From the IMG/VR virus record IMGVR_UViG_3300050014_000138, positions 1-61,287 of that record: 61,287 bases of DNA. The stretch is one strand, 5' to 3'. The stretch's first letter is position 1; each line of letters opens with the position of its first letter. The stretch is from a virus (lineage: Duplodnaviria > Caudoviricetes). Shown piece by piece: positions 1 to 10,074 of the stretch. A program made the translations under genes and the position numbers. The notes under the pieces are model-generated. The model was given only the letters and a program-made list of their open reading frames with translations. It did not search any database and had not been told where the DNA came from.

Positions 1-3
1 GTA

Positions 4-405
4 TTGGATAAAGCAATTCTTAGAAGGTTTCCAGTGAAACTGGAAATGGATTTATTGGATGCAGAGCAATTGGAAAAGTTATTTAGTATTCTTTTTTCAA
101 GTAGAACTTCCAATGAAATTATTATGACGAAATCACTGGCTAGTATATCGGATGATTTAATTTCTCAATGTAATCTTGATGATGCGAAAATATCTACTAT
201 AATCTCACCTGCCAATATGGTTGAAATTGCAGAATTGGTTATGGATGGATTCTCGTTGGAAGAGATTGCCGAAACTGCAATATATCCAGAATATCCCGAT
301 GATGGAGGAGCAGATTCTGAACGAACATTTGTTAAATCTATTCTACAAAAGTATTTTCCGAAAAATGTAAAAAATCCATTTAATGATCCTCTTATGAAAT
401 CATAA
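4..405 (+). CDS. MoxR-like AAA+ ATPase, C-terminal part (5' truncated by window)
   Basis: 'DKAILRRF' arginine-finger segment and helical lid; directly upstream of a VWA protein, the classic MoxR/VWA pairing. Confidence 0.7.
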   Translation: MDKAILRRFPVKLEMDLLDAEQLEKLFSILFSSRTSNEIIMTKSLASISDDLISQCNLDDAKISTIISPANMVEIAELVMDGFSLEEIAETAIYPEYPDDGGADSERTFVKSILQKYFPKNVKNPFNDPLMKS

Positions 406-408
406 CCT

Positions 409-2610
409 ATGAAACGTGGTCATATCATATCTCCCGCTGAAGTTGATTTTTGGTTGGATTCGGATAAGTATTCAAATTTTATTGAAGAAAATCTAGATCC
501 ATCTAATGATACATTAATTTTTAGTATTGATATGGTTCGTCTATCGTCCATCCGTGCAGCAATATCCAATTTCGTTCGTATATTAACCCGTCAAATTATT
601 CCTGTATATTTTAATGATGATGGAAATAATTTTAATGTTGGAGGAAAAATAATTTATTTATCTGCGAAAATAAATTCCAAGCAAGATTTTGATTGTGCGG
701 TTGGACAATCCCTTCATGAGGCAGCACACACGTTAAAATCGGATTTTGATGTAATTAAAACTGCTTGGGCAAATATTCCTCATAAAATTTTTAAAATGTC
801 AGATTCCAAAAATATTAGACGAGCATCATTGGAGAAATTTGTTCATAATGTTTGTAATGTAATTGAAGATAGATATATTGATAATTATGTATTTAATGAA
901 GCTCCTGGATATAGGGGATATTATGTTGCACTTTATGATAAGTTTTGGAATTGTCCAGAAATAGATGAATATTTAAAAAGTGATAATTTTAGATATCCTA
1001 GTTTGAAATCATATGATTTTAGAATTACGAATTTTACTAATGAAAATACAGATCTTATGGCGTTGCCGAGACTGGATGATATTGCTAGAGAAGTAGATAT
1101 TTCCCATATTGATAGGTTAAAAACGACCAAGGATAGAGTTGAAGTTTCATTTAAAATTATTGAAATAGTATTGGATTGTATAGATAAACAGGAAAAATTG
1201 GATTCTATAAAAATACATGGTCAGGGAGGAAAAAAACCAAAAAATGGTTTGGCAACTCCAAGTGATTTTTTTGATTTCGGGGATGATGAAGTTTCTAATG
1301 AGGATGATAAAAAAGATAATGGAAGTGAGTCTGATGTTGGTAAAAAAATGATTGATGAAATATCCAACATAATGAATGGTAAAGGTAAGGAATCTGATAA
1401 TTTGAATGAGAATTTTAAAGCGGTTGGTAAAATATCAAACGAGGAGGATGTTCCAAAAGAAGTGGATAAAGAAATATCTAAAATTTTAGAAAATCAAAGA
1501 AAGTTCTTACAAGGAGATATTCCAAAAGAGATGGTTACCAAATATCAAAAAGATTTATTGGATTTAATTGAAAAACATGGTATAATACTTGTTCGTGTAG
1601 ATTTGCCTAATGTTTCTGATGGTAATAATTTAAAAGTTGACTGTATTGTTGTAAAGAAAATGACAAAGGATCTTATTTTATCTGGAAAAGATGTTTTTCC
1701 TTTGTGTGGTATAATGAAAATCGGAAAAGATATCCCATGTCCCCCCATAGAGGTATCTAAAGCAGTTACGAATGGTGTTTTACTCGGAATTAAGTTGGGG
1801 AGAAAATTACAAATAAGATCTGAGTTACATCCTGTTAAAATAATTCGGAAAAAATCTGGAAAAATTAATAAACGTCAACTTCACGAAGCTGCATTTGACG
1901 CAGAAGATTTATTCTATAAAATACATATAGACGAACATCATAATGCAAATCTTCATATAACAGTGGATGCAAGCAGTTCAATGTCTATTGGAAATAAGTG
2001 GGAACAAACTATGACTGCTGTAGTAGCTATATGCAAAGCGGCATCTATGGTTAATAATATTCATGTTACTGTATCTTTTAGAACAACACAAGTATCTGGA
2101 AGTGCTTTTTTACCATATGTTGTAATGGCATATGATTCAGATATAGATAAATTTTCAAAAATAAAACATTTGTTTCCATATCTTTTGCCTGATGGATGCA
2201 CTCCAGAAGGATTAGCGTTTGGAGCAATTATGGATTTGTTTGATGGAATTACCCCAGATGAAGAAGATAGATATTTTCTTAATTTATCGGATGGAGAGCC
2301 ATATTATTCATTAAATTCTCCAGAAACTGGGGCACATGTAATGTATAGTGATGATGTTGGTGTAAACCATACAAAATCTCAAGTTGATAAAATACGTCAA
2401 CATGGCGTAGAAATATTGAGTTATTTTATTGATGACAGTAAATCTTTATCTGATACAATATCTGAAGAACATGATATAAAACTGGATGATAATCCTCTTC
2501 GTAAGAATTTTCGTAAAATGTATGGCAAAAATGCAAAATTCATCGGTGTAAATAACGTTGTTGACCTTGCTAAAACAATAAACGAACTTTTTTTATTAAA
2601 AAAAGTATGA
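409..2610 (+). CDS. Metallopeptidase-like/VWA domain protein (CobT-like MoxR partner)
   Basis: HEAAH and NVIED motifs in N-half, acidic linker, MIDAS DASSS, GCTPE and SDGEP in C-terminal VWA. Confidence 0.8.
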   Translation: MKRGHIISPAEVDFWLDSDKYSNFIEENLDPSNDTLIFSIDMVRLSSIRAAISNFVRILTRQIIPVYFNDDGNNFNVGGKIIYLSAKINSKQDFDCAVGQSLHEAAHTLKSDFDVIKTAWANIPHKIFKMSDSKNIRRASLEKFVHNVCNVIEDRYIDNYVFNEAPGYRGYYVALYDKFWNCPEIDEYLKSDNFRYPSLKSYDFRITNFTNENTDLMALPRLDDIAREVDISHIDRLKTTKDRVEVSFKIIEIVLDCIDKQEKLDSIKIHGQGGKKPKNGLATPSDFFDFGDDEVSNEDDKKDNGSESDVGKKMIDEISNIMNGKGKESDNLNENFKAVGKISNEEDVPKEVDKEISKILENQRKFLQGDIPKEMVTKYQKDLLDLIEKHGIILVRVDLPNVSDGNNLKVDCIVVKKMTKDLILSGKDVFPLCGIMKIGKDIPCPPIEVSKAVTNGVLLGIKLGRKLQIRSELHPVKIIRKKSGKINKRQLHEAAFDAEDLFYKIHIDEHHNANLHITVDASSSMSIGNKWEQTMTAVVAICKAASMVNNIHVTVSFRTTQVSGSAFLPYVVMAYDSDIDKFSKIKHLFPYLLPDGCTPEGLAFGAIMDLFDGITPDEEDRYFLNLSDGEPYYSLNSPETGAHVMYSDDVGVNHTKSQVDKIRQHGVEILSYFIDDSKSLSDTISEEHDIKLDDNPLRKNFRKMYGKNAKFIGVNNVVDLAKTINELFLLKKV

Positions 2611-2617
2611 AACTGAC

Positions 2618-2646
2618 TTGACATATTATAGATTTTATAGTAATAT
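2618..2646 (+). promoter_or_regulatory. sigma70-like promoter
   Basis: TTGACA (2618-2623), 17 nt, TAATAT (2641-2646), upstream of ATG 2693. Confidence 0.5.
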
Positions 2647-2692
2647 TCATTCATTATATCATAGTGGTATAATAAATAAATTAGTTAAACAT

Positions 2693-3070
2693 ATGAAACA
2701 AATACGTAAAAATAAAACAAATCAACCAACTGTATGGCCCAGTTTGGCATATTTTACCATTCAAGACATTATCGCATCTAACCCTCCAGAAGCTAAAGTA
2801 ATTACATTGAGAACACACCTCATTAAAGCAATTGAATATCAAACTATTTCTCAAATAGGATCAATTCCTGGAGGAAAAGGAGCACCACCCAAGGTATATT
2901 CCATGACTCCCGTTACAAAACTGACATTAGAAAAAGCACAGGCAGCTAATATTAACCTAGTTGATAATGTCGATAAGTTGGTTAACGTAATCTCAGTATC
3001 AACTCCTAAGCAATCTACCCCTGCACCAAGTGTGTCTGCGGAAAAATCAGTTGAAACTGTTGTTCATTAA
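2693..3070 (+). CDS. Hypothetical protein, possible winged-helix DNA-binding
   Basis: ATG 2693 after the promoter; 'TLRTHL...GGKGAPPKVY' resembles a wHTH wing. Confidence 0.45.
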   Translation: MKQIRKNKTNQPTVWPSLAYFTIQDIIASNPPEAKVITLRTHLIKAIEYQTISQIGSIPGGKGAPPKVYSMTPVTKLTLEKAQAANINLVDNVDKLVNVISVSTPKQSTPAPSVSAEKSVETVVH

Positions 3071-3080
3071 ATAATAACAG

Positions 3081-3165
3081 ATGCCATATATTTTATGAAT
3101 AATAATAATAAAAAACGGAAAAAATTATCTAATTTAAAACCAAGAACATATAAAATATATGGCAT
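3081..3165. repeat. Perfect 16-bp inverted repeat overlapping start of ORF 3095
   Basis: ATGCCATATATTTTAT (3081-3096) and ATAAAATATATGGCAT (3150-3165). Confidence 0.85.
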
Positions 3166-3295
3166 TTTCAATTTTATAACTGATGATTTGATATATGTGA
3201 ATTTAGATATGGAGAAAACAACATTGGAATTTGAATTAGAAGGATATGACTCGGAACAATATGATATTATATCATTTGATGTAGTCGTATCTTAA
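3095..3295 (+). CDS. Hypothetical protein
   Basis: 66-aa ORF continuing the operon. Confidence 0.55.
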   Translation: MNNNNKKRKKLSNLKPRTYKIYGIFNFITDDLIYVNLDMEKTTLEFELEGYDSEQYDIISFDVVVS

Positions 3296-3597
3296 ATTCG
3301 TTTAATATATTTTCCAATTGTTTCTATTGGTCCATTATATGTGTCGGTTCGTCTATATCCATCCCCCGTTGTTAAAATATATGAATAAATTCTAACTTTT
3401 GTTGTGGGCGGGACATCCATCAATTCATCAATCTTTTTTAAACAACTCATGACAACATTTTTAGATCCCCATATAATAGGATACGATAAATCACTATCGA
3501 ATAAAATTGAAGAGTGGAGATCAAAATAAAATAAATTGAATACTTGTCCTTGGATATTCTTCTTTTTATTTATATTTATTACATTTTTTGGTAACAT
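3292..3597 (-). CDS. Hypothetical protein
   Basis: 101-aa ORF; TATTTATA motif 3 nt before the ATG. Confidence 0.55.
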   Translation of the reverse strand: MLPKNVININKKKNIQGQVFNLFYFDLHSSILFDSDLSYPIIWGSKNVVMSCLKKIDELMDVPPTTKVRIYSYILTTGDGYRRTDTYNGPIETIGKYIKRI

Positions 3598-3675
3598 AAC
3601 TATAAATAGTGTTAAAATAACTTGAAAACATAAATGAGACGTGATAACATAGTTTTATGAAAAATAAGGAAGTAT

Positions 3676-3849
3676 ATGGGTAAAACATTTAGACGTGATA
3701 ATCAATTTCGTCCTAAGAAACAAGGGAAAACCTTTACTAAAGATAAAAACTGGAAAAAGAATAAACATAAACCTTTACCAAATAAAGAATTGGATGAATC
3801 TAATATACCTCTTCCAAACATTCTTACTGATATAGATAACGATATATGA
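3676..3849 (+). CDS. Small basic protein (57 aa, MGKTFRRDNQ...), not in ORF track
   Basis: AAGGA RBS upstream; TGA overlaps next ATG (ATGA at 3846-3849). Confidence 0.65.
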   Translation: MGKTFRRDNQFRPKKQGKTFTKDKNWKKNKHKPLPNKELDESNIPLPNILTDIDNDI

Positions 3850-4061
3850 TTATACTTTTATTCTGTATTGTGTATATAACGTGTATATGTTTATGTATTC
3901 TTTTTTATTATACAAATAAAAAGGTTGAAATTCTTTTGAAAAATCATTCTACGATGGTTGGTTGGTGCAATACCCTTCGTCAAAATGAAGATATACTTTT
4001 AAAAGATATAAAAAAATTATCCTATGACCTCAAAAGTTACAAAAAAGAAATCAATAAATAA
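3846..4061 (+). CDS. Small membrane-anchored coiled-coil protein
   Basis: Hydrophobic N-terminus, coupled overlaps at both ends. Confidence 0.55.
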   Translation: MIILLFCIVYITCICLCILFYYTNKKVEILLKNHSTMVGWCNTLRQNEDILLKDIKKLSYDLKSYKKEINK

Positions 4062-4527
4062 TGGTACTCCCAAAAAAATATCTTTTTTTGATCATGTAAA
4101 ATCTATACGTCAAGTTAAAGACCCAAACTATTATACTAATTTATCGGAAGATGATAAGAAAAGTTTTAATCATTTTATGATACTTCGGGCGTTGGCAATG
4201 GATGATAGTATTGTAGAAGATATTGCTCAATTATATCAAATTTTTGATAAAATCCCCTCTGCACAATTTTATCAACTTTTAATAGCACTTGTTCCAAAAA
4301 GTACTCAATATTATCCATGGATAAAAACGAAAGTAATGAAACATAATGTAAAACTTTTAGAACTTGTTTCTGACAGATTTAACATTTCAAAATACCAGGC
4401 GAATGAATATATTAATATATTGTTAAAAACTCCCGAAGGACAGACCGAGTTGGTAGATACATGTAAAATGTTTGGTTTAGAAGATAAAGAAATAGAAGAA
4501 ATGTTTGAAAGTAAAAAAGATGAGTAA
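4024..4527 (+). CDS. Clamp loader small/A subunit (T4 gp62-like)
   Basis: 'FNHFMILRALAM', 'FYQLLIALVPK..YYPWIK', 'ANEYINIL' match the gp62-family pattern; size fits. Confidence 0.7.
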   Translation: MTSKVTKKKSINNGTPKKISFFDHVKSIRQVKDPNYYTNLSEDDKKSFNHFMILRALAMDDSIVEDIAQLYQIFDKIPSAQFYQLLIALVPKSTQYYPWIKTKVMKHNVKLLELVSDRFNISKYQANEYINILLKTPEGQTELVDTCKMFGLEDKEIEEMFESKKDE

Positions 4528-4732
4528 TAGCGTACCACACGATTTAATGTGCTCTCTCAGGAGAGCAGAACGAGCTAAACATATGATTATGAGATATCCT
4601 CATTATTCAGACGAGACACGGAATGCAATGTTGGATGCCATAGATGGTAGCTTAGACTGTCGGGTTCAATCTTATAAAAATGCTCACAAAATAATAGAAG
4701 ATATGTTTGAAAATAAAAACTATGATAAATAA
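4520..4732 (+). CDS. Hypothetical protein
   Basis: Overlapping ORF in operon. Confidence 0.5.
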   Translation: MSNSVPHDLMCSLRRAERAKHMIMRYPHYSDETRNAMLDAIDGSLDCRVQSYKNAHKIIEDMFENKNYDK

Positions 4733-5426
4733 TGATATAAAAGTAATTGGTATAGGTGGTTATGCAAAATCGGGTAAAGATACGTTTGTATCAATAGCAA
4801 AAAATATTCTACAAAGAAATGGATATAAACCATATAGAGTAGCATTTGCCGACACTTTAAAACGTGAAGTTGTTGATATGCTAAAAAATAATTCATTTAC
4901 TATTGATATGTCCAATTTAACCCCTGAAGAAAAAGAGACTATTCGTCCATTGCTCGTATGGTGGGGTTGTCAACGAAGGCGGGAAAGTCCTGATGGTCTT
5001 TATTGGATAGCCGAAGTGAATTACAACATTGATAAGAAAGTGGATATATGTTGTAAAATGGATGGAGATCCAACCGACAAATTAGTATTTTTAGTTAGCG
5101 ATTGTAGATTCGTTAATGAGTGTGAATGGGTACAAACAAATAGAACAGGTGTATTTATTCATTTAAAAAGATATTCTACAACGTTAGTATATGATGAATT
5201 TACTGGTCAAGAGGTTGGAAAAATCGAAAAAATATATGATGATGCTCCAAATGACGAAGAAAGAAAGAATGATCCATTAATACAGAAAATAGCAGATTTT
5301 TGTATTGAGTGGGAAAATATTAAATCATTTACACCAAATGATGCGGTTAATAACCCTTTTCTTCAAGAGATTGTATTAAATACATTAAATAATACCAAAT
5401 ATTTTATCGACTCAAAATTGAAATAA
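4722..5426 (+). CDS. Deoxynucleoside monophosphate kinase (T4 gp1-like)
   Basis: P-loop GYAKSGKDT, AFAD.LK, SDCRF.NE. Confidence 0.85.
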   Translation: MINNDIKVIGIGGYAKSGKDTFVSIAKNILQRNGYKPYRVAFADTLKREVVDMLKNNSFTIDMSNLTPEEKETIRPLLVWWGCQRRRESPDGLYWIAEVNYNIDKKVDICCKMDGDPTDKLVFLVSDCRFVNECEWVQTNRTGVFIHLKRYSTTLVYDEFTGQEVGKIEKIYDDAPNDEERKNDPLIQKIADFCIEWENIKSFTPNDAVNNPFLQEIVLNTLNNTKYFIDSKLK

Positions 5427-5697
5427 TTGTACCATTATCCAGTTTAAATATGATTTTATTATCGGATGTTTTTGATAATATATCATATTTAAATTTAGGA
5501 ATAATATTTTTTATTGCATTGGAATATAGTTTGTTGCAATTTACATACATCGCCTGTTTATCAGATAGTTTATAACAATTACAAGAAGCATTGTAATTGT
5601 TAATACAATTTGTTATTTCCTGAAATATTCCGTCCAATCTAATTAAATTATTGGATGATATAAAATTTGAGAATTGAGTTACGTTTCCTATTTCCAT
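5404..5697 (-). CDS. Hypothetical protein
   Basis: 97-aa ORF immediately after the membrane protein gene. Confidence 0.5.
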   Translation of the reverse strand: MEIGNVTQFSNFISSNNLIRLDGIFQEITNCINNYNASCNCYKLSDKQAMYVNCNKLYSNAIKNIIPKFKYDILSKTSDNKIIFKLDNGTIISILSR

Positions 5698-5698
5698 A

Positions 5699-6031
5699 TT
5701 ATCCTAATAGTTTGTCTATAATAGTAAATAACAGAAGTCCACCGACTATAGAGAGTGGAATTAATGAGATTGAAGTAAATATAGAAATTATTATTCCTAA
5801 CCACACCGATAAACAAATTGGGCACGTTATTAATCTTACAAAGAAACAGTTGTGGTATAATCTAAGATATAGTAGATATGTGAGGGATGCATCTTCTCTA
5901 TGTTTTATATCAAAGTCTTTATAATGTGATAGACGGGGTAATTTTAACATTCTTGTATATTCCAACCAAGCATCAGTTCGGAACCATCCAAGTAAAATTA
6001 GAGCGACTATGGCACAGTTTGTAAATATCAT
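5699..6031 (-). CDS. Small membrane protein with CxxC (DUF1360-like)
   Basis: 'LITCPICLSVW' followed by hydrophobic helices. Confidence 0.55.
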   Translation of the reverse strand: MIFTNCAIVALILLGWFRTDAWLEYTRMLKLPRLSHYKDFDIKHREDASLTYLLYLRLYHNCFFVRLITCPICLSVWLGIIISIFTSISLIPLSIVGGLLLFTIIDKLLG

Positions 6032-6043
6032 ACATATAAATAT

Positions 6044-7255
6044 TTATGATATTAATTTGGATTTATAAAATGTATTATTTACATCAACAAGAGCAATTTC
6101 TGTTCGATTTAGTGTTTTAATATCGTATGTAAATATATCATATTCCATCATACCAAGTTCACCACTATCCATTAGAATTTTTGGAGTATTCATTAAATAG
6201 TTAAAATTAGTGTTATTTAATAAGTTTCCATCAAATGAGATAATAATATCGTTTGTTTTCTCGTTGGATATGGGTTTAATGCGGTTTGTCATATCGAATG
6301 ATGATTTTGGTTGTAATTTGTTTAATACAGATTGAATATTATTATAATCACAATATAATGTAGAACACCAAGGTTCTAATGTTTCTATTATTGGTATATT
6401 ACTGTTTGTAACAACAAATCCAACATCATATTTTGGAGTTACTATGGGTTTCATAAGTTCATCGTGTAAAATTACACTTCCCCATTTCCTTATAAACTCA
6501 ACAAATGATCTATTTTGCATTTCTACTACTCGTTGTGAACGTGTTGTAATGCCGTTTTCAAATATTCCTGCTCTACAGGTTAAGTGATATACCATTGCGT
6601 TCCAAGATTGTTTTATTGTATAATTATTTAATAAGAATCGGTTAAATATGTCTGAGTCTTCATGATATGAATGAAAAATTTTATCATGACCTCCCATAGA
6701 AAGAAAATCTTTTCTACGAATCATCCAAGGTGCAAATAATCCATCAGTAACTTTTGGGGTATTTTCGTTTATATTAGATTTTACAAATACATTAAATTCT
6801 TCTCGTTTAAATCCATCTTGTATGTTTTCTTCTGGCCACATTCCAAAGTTTTGTATTATTTTCTCAGGTCCAGATGGATGTAAAGGTGGTTCTATTCTTG
6901 TAGCACATACTACTGCATGAACATGTTTTAATACTTCCTCGGATAAATAATAATCAGCATAATGTCCGAGCATCATATCTGCATGAAACATGAAACAAAG
7001 GTCTGTGGTAGAGTTTTCAACACATATGTTATACCCTTCCCCAATACCTTTTAATATTCCACTAGTATTTTCTATATATTTAATATTAGGATTAGTTAAA
7101 GATTTTAACCACTCAATAGTTCCATCTTTATCTTCATCAACATAAATAATAATTTGATTTTTGTGGTATGAGTTTTCTATTATGGAAGCAATACATGCTT
7201 TTAAATAACGTAAATTGCTTTTACTTGGTATGCAAAATGTAATAGTTCTATTCAT
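6044..7255 (-). CDS. Glycosyltransferase family 2
   Basis: FCIPS..N, HADM DxD-like motif, GGHD..F...EDSD, VYH; start set at the ATGA overlap (7255). Confidence 0.85.
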   Translation of the reverse strand: MNRTITFCIPSKSNLRYLKACIASIIENSYHKNQIIIYVDEDKDGTIEWLKSLTNPNIKYIENTSGILKGIGEGYNICVENSTTDLCFMFHADMMLGHYADYYLSEEVLKHVHAVVCATRIEPPLHPSGPEKIIQNFGMWPEENIQDGFKREEFNVFVKSNINENTPKVTDGLFAPWMIRRKDFLSMGGHDKIFHSYHEDSDIFNRFLLNNYTIKQSWNAMVYHLTCRAGIFENGITTRSQRVVEMQNRSFVEFIRKWGSVILHDELMKPIVTPKYDVGFVVTNSNIPIIETLEPWCSTLYCDYNNIQSVLNKLQPKSSFDMTNRIKPISNEKTNDIIISFDGNLLNNTNFNYLMNTPKILMDSGELGMMEYDIFTYDIKTLNRTEIALVDVNNTFYKSKLIS

Positions 7256-7944
7256 ATTTTTCTTCTTTTTACTACTAGATAAAAATTCCAACTGTTTAAT
7301 AGTTCTTCTGGCATACAAGATTCTGTATCTAATTTTTTATAAAATGGTGTTTTCAATGGTGATGGATATACACTTTCTACTGTTAATCCATGGACATACA
7401 TAAAATATAATATGTTATCATAATCCCATAGACCACGATAAATAAATTGATGCCCCATTCTCCAGTTCGGAATACTAATTACCGATAGTGAGTCATCAGT
7501 CATTAAATCGTGTATTTTTCTAACTATATTTGTTGGTGCCAGCAAATGTTCTAATACATCATTACAAATGATTAAATCATATTTTTTAGATAATCCTTCG
7601 GTATTAAGGTCCATAGAAATATCTTTAACAAAAAATGTTCCTTTTAATTTATTCTCTCTAAAATATTTTTCTGCAAATGGTTTATCTATAAGATGATAAT
7701 TAACATCAATATTTTTTTGAATTAATTGACTTAAAATTCCTGGACCACTTCCAATCTCTAGTATGGTTTTTAAATTATTTTCACTTATAATTTCTTTAAT
7801 TAAATTGGATTCATATTCATATCTATTCATCCATCCATCACAACTTAATCTACTTGTATTTTCCCATTCATTCATATCTAATGTATCTGAACTTATATAT
7901 ACATCAAACGTTTTTTCAAATGGAACATGAGTTAATCTAAACAT
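7252..7944 (-). CDS. Class I SAM-dependent methyltransferase
   Basis: ILEIGSGPG, YDLIICNDVLEHL, SIPN. Confidence 0.85.
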   Translation of the reverse strand: MFRLTHVPFEKTFDVYISSDTLDMNEWENTSRLSCDGWMNRYEYESNLIKEIISENNLKTILEIGSGPGILSQLIQKNIDVNYHLIDKPFAEKYFRENKLKGTFFVKDISMDLNTEGLSKKYDLIICNDVLEHLLAPTNIVRKIHDLMTDDSLSVISIPNWRMGHQFIYRGLWDYDNILYFMYVHGLTVESVYPSPLKTPFYKKLDTESCMPEELLNSWNFYLVVKRRKI

Positions 7945-7973
7945 ATAATATTGTTTTAAAAGTTATCTAGTAT

Positions 7974-8636
7974 TTATTCTACAATGAATGCCGTTTGTCC
8001 ATCATTTTCTGTTTTAAACAATGGTTTACATTTCACATTGTACATTTCACATATTTCTTTAAATGCTCTACTTTCCCCAAATTTTCCAAATGTAAATGTT
8101 GGTTCCCATTGCTGGTTCCAATCATCAAATCCAATAATTGTTCCTGTTGATATTAGTTTATGATGTATCATAAATTCAAATACATAAAATGTGGGTGAAT
8201 ATATATCCATATCAAAATCTACATATGATGCTTGTTTTAAGTTATATTTTTTTATTAAATCATCATTTAATGTGTTTTGAACTAATCCTGGTATTAATGT
8301 TAATTTTCCATTTAAATTTGTTTCTATATCAAATTGAAGCATTCTTATTGCATCTGTTAAATTGATTACTCCATAGTGTTTTAATAAATTAAACATTCCT
8401 GGATCATCTTTTTGTTGAATCGGTTCGTTTTCTTCTAATGGCATTCCTGTAAATACATCAAACCCAAAATAATTTGGTGTTTTTAATATGTGTTTATACA
8501 TATTTCCCAAAACTTGTAATGAAAATCCATCCCATACTCCAAATTGATAAACATCACCGTTTATAGATGATTCTTTCAAATGTGTAAATAAATTTGCTCT
8601 CCAGCCGAATCCATGTTGTTCTATGTTATATTTCAT
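7974..8636 (-). CDS. TylF/MycF-like sugar O-methyltransferase
   Basis: QFGVWDGFS, GFDVFTGMP, DFDMDIYSPT, GFDDW. Confidence 0.8.
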   Translation of the reverse strand: MKYNIEQHGFGWRANLFTHLKESSINGDVYQFGVWDGFSLQVLGNMYKHILKTPNYFGFDVFTGMPLEENEPIQQKDDPGMFNLLKHYGVINLTDAIRMLQFDIETNLNGKLTLIPGLVQNTLNDDLIKKYNLKQASYVDFDMDIYSPTFYVFEFMIHHKLISTGTIIGFDDWNQQWEPTFTFGKFGESRAFKEICEMYNVKCKPLFKTENDGQTAFIVE

Positions 8637-9250
8637 ATGTGATACTTATTAGAATATTTTTTTCTAAGTATGGTTAATCCATGATTAACTGGTATTGTTG
8701 AGAATTCCCAAAAGTTTGAGTCAAGTTCGGCAACGGCTCTATAAGGTCCACCATTTCCCCATTGTCCGTCTTTAACGGCCAAATCACAATGATAATGTGG
8801 TTCCCAATGTCCATACATAGTATCGTGTAATACAATTAAACTTCTTGGGGATACCAACTTATCTAATAATTCCAATTCTTTTTTTACATGGTCATATGAA
8901 TGCCAATCATCAACAAATATTAAATCTATTATTTTATTACTTGGCCATTTATTTAAAAAGTCAAGTGCATCAGTTTCAGGATAAGATATCCACGATTTAT
9001 ATAGTTCTTTGGATGGTTTATATGGTATTTTATTCAAATCTACAGAATGTAATATTCCTTTATTAACATGTGCTGCCATTAATAATGGTAAAGTAGTTCC
9101 TCCATTTCTAACTCCTAATTCTACAATAGTTTTTGCTTTCAATGATATTGCTAAACTAAAAAGAGTTAATTCGTGCAAACTTGAATCTGTAGAACAAGTT
9201 GGGTTTTGAGAATCCGTTACAAAGTTTTTTAATTGTTGTGTTATATTCAT
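8633..9250 (-). CDS. SAM-dependent methyltransferase (Methyltransf_24-like)
   Basis: IVELGVRNGGTT, DLIFVDDWHSYD, LHDT; start at ATGA overlap 9250. Confidence 0.8.
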   Translation of the reverse strand: MNITQQLKNFVTDSQNPTCSTDSSLHELTLFSLAISLKAKTIVELGVRNGGTTLPLLMAAHVNKGILHSVDLNKIPYKPSKELYKSWISYPETDALDFLNKWPSNKIIDLIFVDDWHSYDHVKKELELLDKLVSPRSLIVLHDTMYGHWEPHYHCDLAVKDGQWGNGGPYRAVAELDSNFWEFSTIPVNHGLTILRKKYSNKYHI

Positions 9251-10074
9251 TGGTTTTCTAAAGTGTGTTTTATAATCTCCGATATTCCGCTTTTTAGTGA
9301 ATAGTTTGGTGTCCACAATGTTTTAATATATGGGTCTGGGATATTCTTTTTTAGTTTTTGAATTTCATCTTTTACATTAGATTTTTCTATATTTACATTT
9401 TTAATTTCTTCCGCAACAATATTTGCTATATCTATTATTTTTGACCATTCAAAACTAGTTATATGAATTTCTTTATTTTTAGGTATATCATTAAATTTAT
9501 TAGCTAAAATATGTAATGCATTGGAACAATCTCTTACATAAAGAAACTGTCTTTCTTCTTCACCATCTGTTTGTAATTTTATGTATTTATTCTTTATAGC
9601 CGAATTAACAAAATCTGTTACAACGTGGGTTTTGGATGGATCGTGTTCAATACCATATACATTCCAAAATTTAACAATCATTCCATTTAATGATTTTGTA
9701 TAATACTCTCCAATTGATTTTAATACTCCATAGCTAGAATATAACATGTTTGACATTTGAGATGATGAAAACATAAATGGTTTATCATACTTTTTTAAAG
9801 ACGTAAATGTATTTTGCATTAATCTAACATTATTATCAATAAATTCAAATTTTGATTGGTGTTCTCTAAGATAATTAGCACCACCCGCATCATATGCTAG
9901 AAAAAATACAAAATCCGAATTCTTAATATAATCATCAACAGTTCCATTAATTCTTAGATCCATTGCTTTACATTCTACTATATCGAATGTGGTGACTGGT
10001 TCATTTAAATATTTTATATATTTAACTAAGTCGTAACCAATTTGTCCTTCCGATCCTAATACTAAAAATTTCAT
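9247..10074 (-). CDS. NAD-dependent epimerase/dehydratase (extended SDR)
   Basis: GSEGQIG Rossmann motif, YGVLK catalytic YxxxK, NVYG, RQFLYV.D. Confidence 0.85.
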   Translation of the reverse strand: MKFLVLGSEGQIGYDLVKYIKYLNEPVTTFDIVECKAMDLRINGTVDDYIKNSDFVFFLAYDAGGANYLREHQSKFEFIDNNVRLMQNTFTSLKKYDKPFMFSSSQMSNMLYSSYGVLKSIGEYYTKSLNGMIVKFWNVYGIEHDPSKTHVVTDFVNSAIKNKYIKLQTDGEEERQFLYVRDCSNALHILANKFNDIPKNKEIHITSFEWSKIIDIANIVAEEIKNVNIEKSNVKDEIQKLKKNIPDPYIKTLWTPNYSLKSGISEIIKHTLENQ

